From Octopus vulgaris (lineage: Eukaryota), in assembly GCA_951406725.2 (NCBI GenBank), contig OX597835.1, forward strand, positions 13,640,001 through 13,704,000: a stretch of 64,000 nucleotides of DNA. The letters run 5' to 3'. A program made the translations under genes and the position numbers. The first letter of the stretch is position 1; each line of letters begins with the position of its first letter. Below, piece by piece: positions 62,932 to 64,000 of this stretch. Under the pieces are notes generated by a model that saw only the letters and a list, made by a program, of their open reading frames with translations, made no database searches and was not told the origin of the DNA.

Positions 62932-64000
62932 CTGGATAGATAAAAGCAAAAAAGTAAAAAAAAAAAGGGTTAGATAAAGCTTAAGATATGGAATGGAAAT
63001 GGAATTGATAGAACAAGAATGATATAAAACAGGCTACAAGAACAGTCTGCCAGAAAGAGCAGCTAGATCTCTCTCAAATGACATCCCATTGTTTTACCTT
63101 AGACAGTGTTGTCCAAGTTACACTATGCCTGAAGATATGTCAGGATGATCGTAACATATGTCAGTGGGGTGTAGATGTACCCTGCTGTCATATGAAGCAA
63201 TATAAACCCTGCTTAAGGGTTATCAGGATCTTGTGCCTCAAGGGTAGGATCAGGAGAGCAAGAGACAAGCAGAGGAAATTGTAAATCAACCGACGAAAGG
63301 CAACAGAAAACTACTGCTGCTTGTCTTCCTCAAGATGACGATGATGATGATGAATATTCTCTTGAGCCCCCCTCCCCCCCCCCCCAAAAAAGTGAGAATC
63401 TATATACAACAGTGAAACTGGCTCAAGAGATCAGAGAACTCGGTTATGCTAATATTTCTTATGCAATTTAAAAATCAGTGAACATTGGATCCAAATCCCT
63501 TTGACTATGCAACATTTGTATTTTTCCTGGTGTATAAACACGAGAAGCAAATGACGTCATCACCTTTTATATAACAACAGGTGTCATATAGCATACTCTC
63601 CTTTATATATAATGACAGGTGTCAATAATGTACCCTTCTGCTGTCCCTTATATGTAATGGCTTCAAATTTTGGCTTCAAACCATGTGGTTGGGAAGCAAA
63701 TTTCTCAACCAGACAGTCATTCTTGCACCTAATGTGTGTGTGTGTGTTTATATTTCTTGTTAAATTGAGTATTGATAAAGATTGTTCAGGCAGAGTTGCT
63801 TCCCTTATCTAAAGACCTCCAAATTGTGCGACCCAACCTTGTTTTCAAAGTTATTTTTGTAGTAAAAAAGAGTTGTTGTGCACAAAACATACTTTATTTG
63901 GTAGCTGAAAGATTACTGAATCTTTTGACACCTCATACATCAAAACTGGCAACTCAGTTTTTGAATGCATAAGGAACATATGCAAGCACACACACACAGA

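Overview
AT-rich, microsatellite- and SINE-saturated animal genomic DNA. The repeat landscape suggests an octopus-like cephalopod, but this is an inference. Two convergent spliced genes are supported. On the + strand are the last four coding exons of MGAT2 (N-acetylglucosaminyltransferase II; 9208-25555). On the - strand are the last three coding exons of ZRANB1/TRABID (OTU deubiquitinase; 62931-58721). The rest is introns, UTRs and intergenic DNA holding at least three tRNA-like SINE families, RTE, CR1 and R4/Dong LINE fragments, a mariner remnant, non-autonomous Helitrons, several MITE families and many fold-back hairpins. Most listed ORFs are spurious. The notable observations are four. (1) A near-perfect 895-bp inverted duplication sits inside a split SINE in an MGAT2 intron and looks like a retrotransposition template switch. 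(2) A piece of the putative ZRANB1 3' UTR is copied into one of its own introns. (3) Several minimal hammerhead-ribozyme motifs of Penelope type are dispersed across the window. (4) Candidate extra micro-exons lie downstream of MGAT2. Repeat boundaries were read by eye and are approximate.
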